Assembly: GCA_040954595.2 (NCBI GenBank)
Contig: CM082578.2
Coordinates: forward strand, 5,376,831 to 5,440,830
Direction of reading: 5' to 3'
Length of the DNA stretch: 64,000 bases
Source of the DNA: Balanoglossus misakiensis
Lineage: Eukaryota > Animalia > Hemichordata
Shown here: positions 1-12,320 of the stretch, piece after piece
Layout: every line of letters begins with the position of its first letter
How positions within the stretch are numbered: position 1 is the first letter of the stretch
Notes under the pieces: generated by a model
Told to the model about the DNA's origin: nothing
Database searches by the model: none
What the model saw: the letters and a program-made list of their open reading frames with translations, nothing else
Program-made: the position numbers and the translations under genes

Positions 1-135
1 CCCTTATATAGTCAGACAAAAATGGAAATATTAATGGAGCAGCATTTCATGGTCATGTTATCTTTACCTGAATCACCTGCCATCTATATCTACACTGTAT
101 ATCATTTACACTTCTGGGTTACAGTGGGAATGTAT

Positions 136-3100
136 TTATACTTTGTTGGCCATGGGCTTATGTATGGTGATATTATGAATAAGATCCTTCTGGGATGGTG
201 GGTCAGGCCAAATGATCTTTTCAGAGATGTGTGATATAAACTTATCATTGATATCAGCTGACAATAACATCAAAAGGTTGTAACAGACATTACAGGTAAA
301 GTCCTTTTCTCTGATATCAGGCGGGCCTACCAAAGCTCCCCAGATACATGTATCAAATCTGAATGTGATTTCTTTCAATCCAGTACGGCCATGCTGCATT
401 AATTGGTATGTTGGTAATAACAAATCGGACCCTATCATCTCCTGGTTACGCATTATAGTAAAACACAAGGTGATTTTCTCTAAAGTTGCATTGAGAGAAA
501 ATGCCTCTACTAGGGATTTAAGTGTCACCTTTGCGGACTGGCATTCACTCATTTCGTCCTGTACCCAACATTTCAATGTTTTTAAATGCCTGTTTGTTTT
601 GATGAGTTCACTTATACAAGCAATATCACCAAATCTTACTGACAGCTCGAGTTCTTGAAATGTGGTGTTTATCATCATACTATCAAGAAGGTTTGACGAC
701 ATATTCTTCCTTGCTTGACATACATATTCTGCCATTCCTTCAAAAGATAGAGTAAGGGCTTTCAGATTATGGCTGGGTAGCTGCACTGCACTGACTAATG
801 CCTTGTAACATTGCCTGTCTTTGGCATGATCTCCCATAGAAACAATGTCGTACCAAGCTAATTTGCTAGTGTTCTGGCAAGTTTTAATGAAGTCGGCCAT
901 TTTCGCCAGCTCTGACAAACTGCCAATACTAACCACAATAAGTTCTTTAGGTCCACTGATTTTCAGGGATTCATATGGAATGACATGTGTGACACATCTG
1001 TTTGTACGTAATACTAATGACAATGTAGTAATGCATTTGTTTCTCCCACAGGTTTCAATGAAATTTCTAAAAACTGCATGTCTTTCATCACTACTGATTA
1101 TCACATCAACATTTAATTTCTGTACTGCAGCCGTTTTTTGCAATGCTGTCTGCAAAATTTCCAGCTCCTGTTTGCTCACTCTGTCAGAGATATCTACAAC
1201 GAGCCATTTTAAAGAGATAAGATTTTTCTTCAACACATCTGCTAAGAGATATAATTGCTTTGTGTTCATTTCGTCAATTTCAATATGAAGACAATGATCA
1301 ATTTTAGGTTCACTTTGCCTTCTGTTATCGTATATTAAAATATCCAATACCACACCAATAAAAGCCTGGCTGGATATATAAAGACAACAGGAATCTTCAT
1401 TTGAAACAAAGAAAATGTCAGGTCTAGATCTTACATCATAGGCCAGATACATCTTTAAAGACGTCAAATAACACATTTCTTTCTTTAAAAAGAAGGGCAC
1501 AATAAACCTGATAAAGTCACAATAATTGACACTCTCATGCAACAAGCTAACACATCTACGAAGATTCGTTGCAATGCTGTAACAATCAGCATTGTCATTA
1601 CATAGTGTTTCACTCCCCACCCTTCCGAACGCTTCAAACAGAGGACCTGCATTGGCTCGAAGTTGGCCAGCTACAAACAACAGGACCTGGAAACTTTTTT
1701 CGACATCTTCAAGCAAGTGATGGAAGTCTGTAAACGAATTACACTCCCTAACACACTGGGCAATGTGCCGTGCAGCAAAATACTCCTGCCATGATTTGTG
1801 ACAGAAGAAACACAGCTTCCTTGGTTTCGCGCGTGAAATCCCACAATCCCGAACAAGCAACCCTAAAGACAATAGTGATTCTGATTGTCCACGTATGTCT
1901 GACTCATTAATCAGCATCTTACCCTCTTTTAAATTATCATATGCAATACATGCTAACTTATTCACTTCATTCATGACTTGGCTTGGGACTTCTCCTTCAA
2001 CAAGACTGTTCTCCATCTTTGTACAGTACCTTTTCAAGATGCTCTGCCATATTTCAGAGTACAACTCGGTCACTCTGGTTGGAAAATCGTCTCCAATTTG
2101 ATGGTCCTCCCAGAGTGCACACAACAAAGTTACATGTAGAGGATTACAAAGGATATCACCGAAACTGAGTATGCCTACATCATCTAATCTCGACATCAAT
2201 TTATTAACTTTCATTCTATTCTGTTTGAAGTACTTTAGCATGTAAGCTCCAGTATCACCACCTGTAAAGCCTTGCACCTGGTAATGCAAATCACAATCTT
2301 TCAGCTGCCTATCACATTCATGGGGCCTTGTAGTGACAACCACTGTACTCCCTAACAGTAATTTCTTGGCAATAATTCTACTCATCTGTGAATTCTCCTT
2401 CATACCGCTATCCATCTCATCTAAGCCATCGCAGACAATCAAAATAGACTCTTTATTATCTGATAAAAACTTCCAAAGCTCACCTTCTGAAATTTTGGCA
2501 TCATCTATAACTGGAAGCAACTGATCGAATATAGTGGCTGATATGGATGACTTGCCCATACGCCTTGCCTCTAGTAAAAACACCAACTTGAACTGGTCTA
2601 ACTTTCCACAAGCCCAATCATAGGCTACTTTCCTGCAAAACATAGATTTGCCCATAGCTGGTGCTCCTTCAATTCTGATTATTTTTGCTTTCTGCCCACT
2701 TCCAGATAATCCAAAAATTTCACTTTCAGAAATATATTTGGCCTGTTGAGAGTTTACATTTTCTTGTATGACTTTACCCCGTTCATCAACTTCGACCACA
2801 TGTAGCCGTGTATACACATCACTCAGATAGAGGGAGAAGTTGTCATTCCATGGTAATGGTTGGAACTTGTTGAACTGCTCTCTGTATAAATCTTTGAGGT
2901 GCTGTATCAGCCATTCAACTCCACACGAAGTCTCTATAAAACAGCAACAAAAATAATAAATATTTTAGTTGTATGGGGACTGAACAAAACTAAGCACCAT
3001 CAAGAAGACACTGCGAAAATGTTTTTAGATCAAAAATATATGTGTATCCCTTCAAATATGTAAAACCTTTTACGTAAAGGTAAGATTTTCCGCTTTGATG

Positions 3101-4331
3101 TACAATTATTGATAAGAAGATATAAAGTACCTGATTGACATGTACCGGTTGATCTGTGCATGAACTTCTCAACTTTTTCCATCAGATCAACTCTTCCTAC
3201 TAACTTTAACAAGTCTCTCAACATCTCAGTGTTAGACTCTTTTATAGAGCCATAGTGTACCATGGTCTTGAACAGGTTAAAAGGATCCGTTAACTTTTCA
3301 AGTCTTCCAGCGGGGATTGTGCCAATGCATCGATCTTTCATTCTCTTGAAAGTATCTGAAAATTAACCACAAAAGATAACTGCCGATGACAAACTCTAAA
3401 TTTGTCTGTTGTATGACATAGTGCTGGAAATAGGAAGGTCAAATAGGGCCTGTGACCGACAGTAGTGCGAGGGTTGTTACAGGCGACTGTTTCTATGACA
3501 TAGAAAAGAGGGAATTTTGGCATTGAATGGGTGGTATCGATGCTGATCCGTTGATTCAATTTTGCCTTTGTGTGAGTTAAGGCAATGCTCTTCTGAACTT
3601 CGAAATGCGATTGTGCCGTGACCTTTTTGACAGGTATTCAATCACCTTTACGGTACCGGTGGTTCCGCTTGTTTACAGAGTAAACATACCGTGACTGTTA
3701 TCGGTAAGCACTGTAATCCGTTTGCTCAATTATGGTTAAAGAATTCGGATAATGGAAGATTACAAACAACAGGATTAATTTCTACAATCACATCAGAGAC
3801 AAAATTTGCTGCTCTACCACGAATAACGCAATGTACTCGTCCCAAAAATAACAATTTACCGTCGAATGAAGTCAACTGCGCGTGTGCTAGTTACATATGA
3901 ATAATTATTAACAACTTTATTACATATTAACAACACACTTTGGGAAGTGTAGTAGAACAAATGATATGCCAATTTAATTTAGGATATTATGTTTTACTTT
4001 GTTAAAGTGTAAATGTGCATGTCGCCAAGGAGATCAAATTGTCATAACAGGGTTATCGCAGGTTAACAAAAAGGCGCTATAAACCCTAGAAATTTCAAAT
4101 TTACTCACTGATGCAAAACACCAGTTTAAAGCTTCTCCCCGTACTGGTTTATACAGCTAACACACGTATATAACTGTGTAATTGCAAGCATTGCCAGCGA
4201 TAAAACACCTTACCATCAGTTACTTCATCAGCAATATTGGACAAGAAATTAAAAAACGGGTCTAATTTCTGTCTCTTGGCATCTGACTTATCACCTTCCT
4301 CCTGACTACTACTTCCTTGTGCCTCCGCCAT
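136..4331 (-). CDS. NOD-like receptor, DED-NACHT-LRR, copy 1 (3 coding exons: 4214-4331, 3131-3355, 136-2933; ~1046 aa)
   Basis: Two phase-1 GT-AG introns join in frame (G|GTAAGG at 4213, TTTCAG| at 3356, CAG|GTACTT at 3130, TTATAG| at 2934). Exons 1-2 encode a FADD-like death effector domain (DPFFNFLSNIADEVTD...LRDLLKLVGRVDL, RxDL motif). Exon 3 encodes PLPW..L.DVYTRL, Walker A GAPAMGKS, Walker B ILIVCDGLDE, sensor-1 VVVTTRP, NPLHVTLLCALW, winged-helix FCHKSWQEYFAA, then degenerate ribonuclease-inhibitor-type LRRs (LIKTNRHLKTL, FSLNATLEKITL). Confidence 0.9.
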
Positions 4332-5714
4332 GATGGAATGGATGACATATTACCTCAGCATACTGCCAGCAAGTGCCCGTCGTTAAAAATCTTTCCTTTT
4401 CTCATGTTTTTTGTATTTGTTTACGCGTGCATGTCGTCTCTGTGTTTATGTCTCTCTTTTCAGGCGCCAGTATTCACGTGTATGATCGACTATATTGCGA
4501 CGTTTTATCGCTAGTCAAAAAAGCGGAATTAAGAGAGAGTCGTTCCTTTAGGCCACTCTGATATAGGCCTACCGTAGAATAAACAGCATCACATATGTAT
4601 CTTAAAATAACTTTTGTATGACGCAGAAGCTGTGTTCTGTTGTTATTGCATATATGTTCCGTCAACTTTCACAAAGCGTCTTGATTTTTCGTACAGTGAT
4701 GCGACAGCGACGACGCAAACCGGAAACGGTCGTTGATTGACCAAAATATCACAATCATTGTTATGCAAAGTGAGGTCATAGGTCAGGTCTCCCAGTCCTG
4801 TGATTCAGAATTGCGATATTGCATCGTAATACGAGAAATGTTTGATGAACGCGAACAATTATTGTAAACTTGGAGATTCGCATACAGTGACATTTACTTT
4901 CCGATTCACCTGTCGACAGTTGGATGGATAGCAAAATGTAAACGTGTCCCAAAATTCAAAAATCATCACGTTTCGCACATCGTAATACTCGGCCTTACAT
5001 ACAGAAAGTAGTTCCATGTTATCGTATTTGCGTATGTAGTCCTGTCCGTGAAATATAGGGAAAAATATGTAATGACCACATCAGCACAACTTTTCCGTAC
5101 TGAAATTGGCCAGACAAAAAATGATGATGTAGGATTACCATTTGTGTCAAGCAGAATTATACAGGAGATTTAAAACAGCGTTCAAACAGGGAAAATAGCC
5201 AACGTACAAGTTTTATTTTTCCGGCACCATGTACATGTAATGTCATCGGCAGTACATATGCAATAACGCACAGTCCCGGGACCCCAGTTTAATGTATGTG
5301 AAAAGGGGGTATAGACGCTTCTTTGAACAACATTTTTTAAAAAATTCCATTGGAATTGATACTAGACAAGATTAGTCAGAAGAAAACTGCAGTCGAAATA
5401 CACGATGTTTCCTCAGTATGCCCGAGCTGAGAAGTTTTAAAGCTAGTTAATTTCCACAGGGGCCCTTTGAATGAACACTGTTAAGGAAATGTCGGCTAGG
5501 ATCATTTGCTTCAATTTTCGACAACGATCTGCATACATGTATGATCTATACACTTTTATCACAGCAAGGAAGCATTATACTATATGGCGGTTGACGTTTT
5601 TGGCTTGTTAACCAAAATCAACCGGAAAATCTCACATTTTACAGTTACTAGTACATTGTAAGTACGTTCAGCAAAGTTATCATGGCTATACCGACCAATC
5701 CTGCGCGGTACATT

Positions 5715-5716
<2 letters not shown>

Positions 5717-5757
<41 letters not shown>
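5717..5757 (+). repeat. Poly(A) run (~41 nt)
   Basis: Direct reading; lies just beyond the end of the duplicated homology. Confidence 0.9.
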
Positions 5758-5759
<2 letters not shown>

Positions 5760-7129
5760 AAAATAAGGGAATTTTTTAAAGAAAAGATTGTCTCCATAAC
5801 GATTGTGAGACTGAATATATTTCTCAAAATTGTTGATGCTCACTTTGTTCTGATTGTGACGTTGCACTAAACTAGGATTTCGTTGACATAAACTTGGCGC
5901 AACGAATCGGTTGCTTCACCCAAAAGTACGATTGCCATTATTTTTGCCTTTAGCCTAATGTTCTAAATACATGTACACCCATCGCATGAGAATAAAGCGT
6001 GAGTTCAAAGTTTACTCGACGTTCTTCTCATTGTATTTTGACGATAGTTAAATGACAATGTAGACGAATGCACGAATCAAGACAGTACAAATGTAAATCT
6101 AGTCTGATTATTTTGTATTCATGATTTATTACCTGTCTCTGTTTAGTTGCTTAGCATTGTGTTTCTCTTCGGGGAAACTGTAGTATGTGACATACGCCCG
6201 CTGTTGGCCTGGTTCGCGAATTTAAACAAGACAGGGAAGCAATGGGACTGCAGAGAACCGCATTTACCTTCAGCCGAAAAAAAAAATATTCGCTCGCCGC
6301 TCCTGGAACTAGGTAAAAAAAATCCGATGAACAAGATTTGTTTTTCTCTCTGGCCTTATGATTTTTAAACGTCACTTCCTGGTAATATCCTTGGCTGGCA
6401 TATCTCAGGGACTATTTGTGACACAGATATGAAATATTGCCTTCTGTGGTCATGAATGGCTGGGCAAAGCGGTGATATCAAATGCATTCTGCTTAATACT
6501 TCTGCACCGACGTGCGCTATGTAAATTATGAAGAACCATCGAAACAGAGGTGGCTCTCTACCCAGTAACCGTTATCGTTCACGAAGTATAGGATCCACCG
6601 GGAGCCGCGTTTGCCCTCAACACAATGATAATAACTGATAAAAACTGTCAAAATGAATGAATTAATATTGGTTGATAACAATTTTTCTTGAGTGTTCCAC
6701 AACAACATTTGAAACGCCTTCTCCGTTATGTCGACGTCATGGCCAAATGAAGTGGGCAGCGGGTGATTGCAGAATCTATCGCTTTCTGCAACAGGTGCCG
6801 ACTCGCAACAGGTGGTTGCATCACTGTCTCTGAAATAGTTCTGTAACATGAATGTTTATAAGAAATGCTCGATATGAATAAACGTTGCTTACTCACAGTA
6901 TCATATGCATGTCTGAGAATTTAAGTAATTGTTGTATCATTCTTTGGACAAGTTTTCTTTGCGGGACAGTGTCCAAACATGGAATCACGTCAGATCACCG
7001 CTTGAGGGCGTAGTGCAGCACACCCTACACAGTAAAAAACAGACATGGACGAAATACGCAGATGAAGGTACTATATAATTGGCAAAATCTAATCCACCAA
7101 AATCCACCAAAATCTAATCAGATTTTGCC

Positions 7130-7260
7130 ATTTGGAAACTGAACCAGCGTACCAAATTTGACTTGAATCCGTCCAGCCGTTCTTGAGATATCATGCACAC
7201 AGACAGACAGACAGACATACTCACACACATACACACACACACACGCACACATACAAGTTA
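7130..7260. repeat. Interspersed-repeat fragment with (GACA)n/(CA)n microsatellite, possibly Helentron/HINE-like
   Basis: ACCAAATTTGACTTGAATCCGTCCAGCCGTTCTTGAGATATC followed by GACAGACAG and CACA tracts. The family assignment is inferred from general resemblance only. Confidence 0.35.
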
Positions 7261-8131
7261 ACATACACAAGGCTATTATTATTGTATCAAAATTATAGAA
7301 TTGTAATTTATTGCAAAGTATAATCATTGTGACAACAAACATTTTCAAGTTTCCATGAAATTACAGTACAAATGTTCAAAATGTAGGCATCCAGTGGTAT
7401 CAATACATATAATCATACTTGGCTCAGTAGCCCAAACCTATGGACTTTTAGAACATGTGTGGCACCAATTACAGAAATGTACAAAGCATATAAAAACATT
7501 TTTGTCATTTCCTCTAAGTAAATAATATAAAACCTGCATCCTAAATAATGTCTTTCATCGTGGATTTCAAAAGAAACTATCACCTTGCCTCGCAAAGCAA
7601 AAATTGTGCTGTGGGAGGTAAGTACTAATACAAATGAGAAAATTGACTTTCCTGCACATACAATAAGTTTCATTCAAAATGTAAATTGTAACAGATATTT
7701 TGCTGAACATATCTAATGATAAAGAAGAGTCCAAATATATTGACATATGTCACATCTGAATGTAGCAATTCTTATCAGATGGGAGTACATTGTCACTGAA
7801 GCTAGTTATTTCATCACATTAACTTATCATATACATTGGAAATATAACAGGGATTCAGAAATTTTCGGTCTAGCCATGAAGGTTAAAATAATGTGTTGTT
7901 TTGTCCTCCTCTAAACCAGTAAACAAGATTATACTTCAACCCAGTTGAAGTATTTGAATCACTTTCAACAAATTTAACAGGGTCAATAACATGATTGTCC
8001 CTTATATAGTCAGACAAAAATGGAAATATTAATGGAGCAGCATTTCATGGTCATGTTATCGTTACCTGAATCACCTGCCATCTATATCTACACTGTATAT
8101 CATTTACTTCTGGGTTCCAGTGGGAATGTAT

Positions 8132-11100
8132 TTACACTTTGTTGGCCATGGGTTTCTGAATGGTGATATTATGAATAAGATCCTTCTGGGATGGCATTTC
8201 AGGCCGAATGATCTTTTCAGACATGTGTGATATAAACTTATCATTGATATTAGCTGACAATAACATCAAAAGGTTGTAACAGACATCACCGGTAAAGTCC
8301 TTTTCTCTGATATCAGGTGGATAGAAATCATTTCCAAAGGTATAAAATCTGACTGTGATTTTTTTCAATCCAGTACGGCCATGCTGCATTAATTGGTATG
8401 TTGGTAATAACAAATCGGTCCCTATCAGCTTCATGTCTGGTAAATCGACTGGCAGAAAACAACTACTTAAACTAGTAAAACTCAAGGTGATTTTCTCTAA
8501 AGTTGCATTGAGAGAAAATGCCTGTACTAGGGGTTTAAGTGTAACCTTTGGGGACTGGTATTCACTCATTTTGTCCTGTACCAAACATTTCAATGTTTTT
8601 AAATGCCTGTTTGTTTTGATGAGTTCACTTATACAAGCAATATCACCAAATCTTACTGACAGCTCGAGATCTTGAAATGTGGTGTTTGTCATCATACTAT
8701 CAAGAAGGTTTGACGACAAATTCTTCCTTCCTTGACATACATATTCTGCCATTCCTTCAAAAGATAGAGTAAGGGCTTTCAGATTATGGCTGGGTAGCTG
8801 CACTGCACTGACTAATGCCTTGTAACATTGCCTGTCTTTGGCATGATCTCCCATAGAAACAATGTCGTACCAAGCTAATTTGCTAGTGTTCTGGCAAGTT
8901 TTAATGAAGTCGGCCATTTTCGCCAGCTCTGACAAACTGCCAATACTAACCACAATAAGTTCTTTAGGTCCACTGATTTTCAGGGATTCATATGGAATGA
9001 CATGTGTGACACATCTGTTTGTACGTAATACTAATGACAATGTAGTAATGCATTTGTTTCTCCCACAGGTTTCAATGAAATTTCTAAAAACTGCATGTCT
9101 TTCATCACTACTGATTATCACATCAACATTTAATTTCTGTACTGCAGCCGTTTTTTGCAATGCTGTCTGCAAAATTTCCAGCTCCTGTTTGCTCACTCTG
9201 TCAGAGATATCTACAACGAGCCATTTTAAAGAGATAAGATTTTTCTTCAACACATCTGCTAAGAGATATAATTGCTTTGTGTTCATTTCGTCAATGTTAA
9301 TACTAAGACAATGATCAATTTTAGGTTCAATTTGCCTTCTGTTGTCGTATTTTAAAATACCCAATACCACATCAATAAAGGCCGGGTTGGATATGTAAAG
9401 ACAACAGGAATCTTCATTTGAAACACAGCAAATGTCAGGTATTATTCCAAAGGTCAGATACACGTTTAGAGACGTCAAATACCACATTTCTTTCTTAAAA
9501 AAGAAGGGTACAATAAACTTGATAAAGTCACAATAAATGACACTCTCATGCAACAAGCTAATACATCTACGAAGATTCATTGAAATGCTGTAACAATCAG
9601 CATTGCCATTACATAGTGTTTCACTCCCCACCTTTCCAAACGCTTCAAACAGAGGACCTGCCTTGGCTTGAAGTTGGCCAGCTACAAACAACAGGACCTG
9701 GAAACCTTTTTGGACATCTTCAAGCAAGTGATGGAAGTCTGTAAACGAATTAAACTCCCTAACACACTGGGCAATGTGCAGTGCAGCAAAATACTCCTGC
9801 CATGTTTTGTGACAGAAGAAACACAGCTTCCTTGGTTTCGAGCGTGAAATCCCGCAATCCCGAACAAGCAACCCCAAAGACAATAGTGATTCCGATTGTT
9901 CACGTATGTTTGACTCATTTATCAGCATATTACCCTCTTTTAAATTAACATATGCAATACATGCTAACTTATTCACTTCATTCATGACATGGCTTGGGAC
10001 TTCTCCGTCAGCAAGACTGATCTCCATCTTTGCACAGTACCTTTTCAAAATGCTCTGCAACATTTCAGAGTACAACTCGGTTACTCTGGTTGGAAAAACG
10101 TCTCCAATTTGATGGTCCTCCCAGAGTACACACAACAAAGTTACATGTAGCGGATTACTAAGAATACCACCGAAACTGAGTGTGCCCACATCATGTAATC
10201 TCGACATCAATTCATTAACCTTCATTCTATTCTGTTTGAAGTACTTTAGCATGTAAGCTCTAGTATCACCACCTGTAAAGCCTTGCACCTGGTAATGCAA
10301 ATCACAATCTTTCAGCTGCCTATCACATTCATGGGGCCTTGTAGTGACAACCACTGTACTACCTAACAGTAATTTCTTGGCAATAATTCTACTCATCTCC
10401 GAATTCTCCTTCATACCGCTATCCATCTCATCTAAGCCATCGCAAACAATCAAAATAGACTCTTTATTATCTGATAAAAACTTCCAAAGCTCATCTTTTG
10501 AAATTTTGGCATCATCTGGAAGCAACTGATCGAATATAGTGGCTGATATGGATGACTTGTCCATATGCCTTGCCTCTAGTAAAAACACCAATTTGAACTG
10601 GTCTAACTTTCCACAAGCCCAATCATAGGCTACTTTCCTGCAAAACATAGATTTGCCCATAGCTGGTGCTCCTTCAATTCTGATTATTTTTGCTTTCTGC
10701 CCACTTCCAGATAATCCAAATATTTCACTTTCAGAAATATTCTTGGCCTGTTGAGAGTTTACGTTTTCTTTTATGACTTTACCCCGTTCATCAACTTCGA
10801 CCACTTGTAGCCGTGTATACACATCACTCAGATAGAGGGAGAAGTTGTCATTCCAAGGTAAAGGTTGGAACTTGATGAAATGCTCTCTGTATAAATTTTT
10901 GAGGTACTTTATCAGCCATTCAACTCCACTCGAAGTCTCTATAAAACAGCAACAAAATAATAAATAGTTTAGTTGTATGGGGACTGAACAAAACTAAGCA
11001 CCATCAAGAAGACACTGCGAAAATGTTTTTAGATCAAAATTATATGTGTATCCCTTCAAATATGTAAAACCTTTTACGTAAAGGTAAGAATTTCCGCTTT

Positions 11101-12320
11101 GATGTATAATTATTGATAAGAAGATATTAAGTACCTGATTGACATGTACCGGTTGATCTTTGCATGAACGTCTCAACTTTTTCCTTCAGATCAACTCTTC
11201 CTACTGACTTTAACATGTCTCTCAACATCTCAGTGTTAGACTCTGTTATATAGCCATGTTTTACCATGGCCATGAACAGGTCAAAAGGATCCTTTAACTT
11301 TTCAAGTCTTCCACCGGGGATTTTGTCAATGCATCGATCTTTCATTCTCTTGTAAGTATCTGAAAATTAACCACAAAAGATAACTGCCGATGACAAACTC
11401 TAAATATGTCTGTTGTATGATAGTCCTGGGAATAGGAAGGTCAAATAGGGCCTGTGACCAACAGTAGTGCGAGGGTTGTTACAGGAGACTGTCTCTAAGA
11501 CTTAGAAAAGGGGGGAATTTTGGCATTGAATGGGTGGTATCGTTGATTCAATTTCGCCTTTGTGTGAGTTAAGGCAATGATCTTCTGAACTTCGAAATGC
11601 GATTGTGCCGTGACCTTTTTGACAAGTATTCAATCACCTTTACGGTACAGGTGGTTCCGCTTGTTTACAGAGTAAACACACCGTGACTGTTATCGGTAAG
11701 CACAGTAATTCGTTTCCTCAATTATGGTTAAAGCATTTGGATAATGGAAGATTACAAACAACAGGATTAATTTCTACAATCACATCGGAGACAAAATTTG
11801 CCGCTCTATCACGAATATCGCAATGTACTCGTCCCAAAAACAACCATTTACCGTCGAATGAAGTCAACTGCGCATGTGCTAGTTACATATGAATAATTAT
11901 TAACAACTTTATTACATATTGACAACACACTTTGGGAAGTGTAGTAGAACAAATAATATGCCCATTTAATTTAGGATATTATGTTTTAATTTGTTAAAGT
12001 GTAAATGTGCATGTCGCCAAGGAGATCAAATTGTCATAACAGGGTTATCGCAGGTTAACCAAAAGGCGCTATAAACCCTAGAAATTTCAAGTTCACTCGC
12101 TGATGCAAAACACCAGTTTAAAATTTCTCCCCGTACTGGTTTATACAGCTAACACACGTATATAACTGTGTAATTGCAAGCACTGCCAACGATAAAACAC
12201 CCTACCATCAGTTATTTCATCCGCAATATTGGCCAAAAAATCAACAAACGGGTCTATTTTCTGTCTCTTGGCATCTGACTGATCACCTTCCTCCCGACTA
12301 CTTCCTTGTGCGTCCGCCAT
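8132..12320 (-). CDS. NOD-like receptor, DED-NACHT-LRR, copy 2 (3 coding exons: 12206-12320, 11135-11359, 8132-10938; ~1048 aa)
   Basis: Same exon structure, splice phases and motifs as copy 1 (GAPAMGKS, CDGLDE, FCHKTWQEYFAA, RVDL). The ORF is intact. An in-frame upstream ATG at 12350 could add 10 aa. Confidence 0.9.

Noticed and set aside
5580-5870. Poly-Lys and poly-Phe ORFs, or a retroposon tail
   Set aside because: Caused by the poly(A) run; no TSD or recognisable retroelement body could be identified.
365-10529. Duplicated plus-strand ORFs (e.g. 845-1288 and 8862-9314) that look conserved
   Set aside because: Antisense shadows of the NLR exons; their identity comes from the duplication and conversion tract.
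136-10822. Prokaryotic STAND/Avs-type antiphage NTPase or other bacterial defence system
   Set aside because: Spliceosomal introns, DED exons, microsatellites and MITEs show this is animal DNA; no operon structure or CRISPR array is present.
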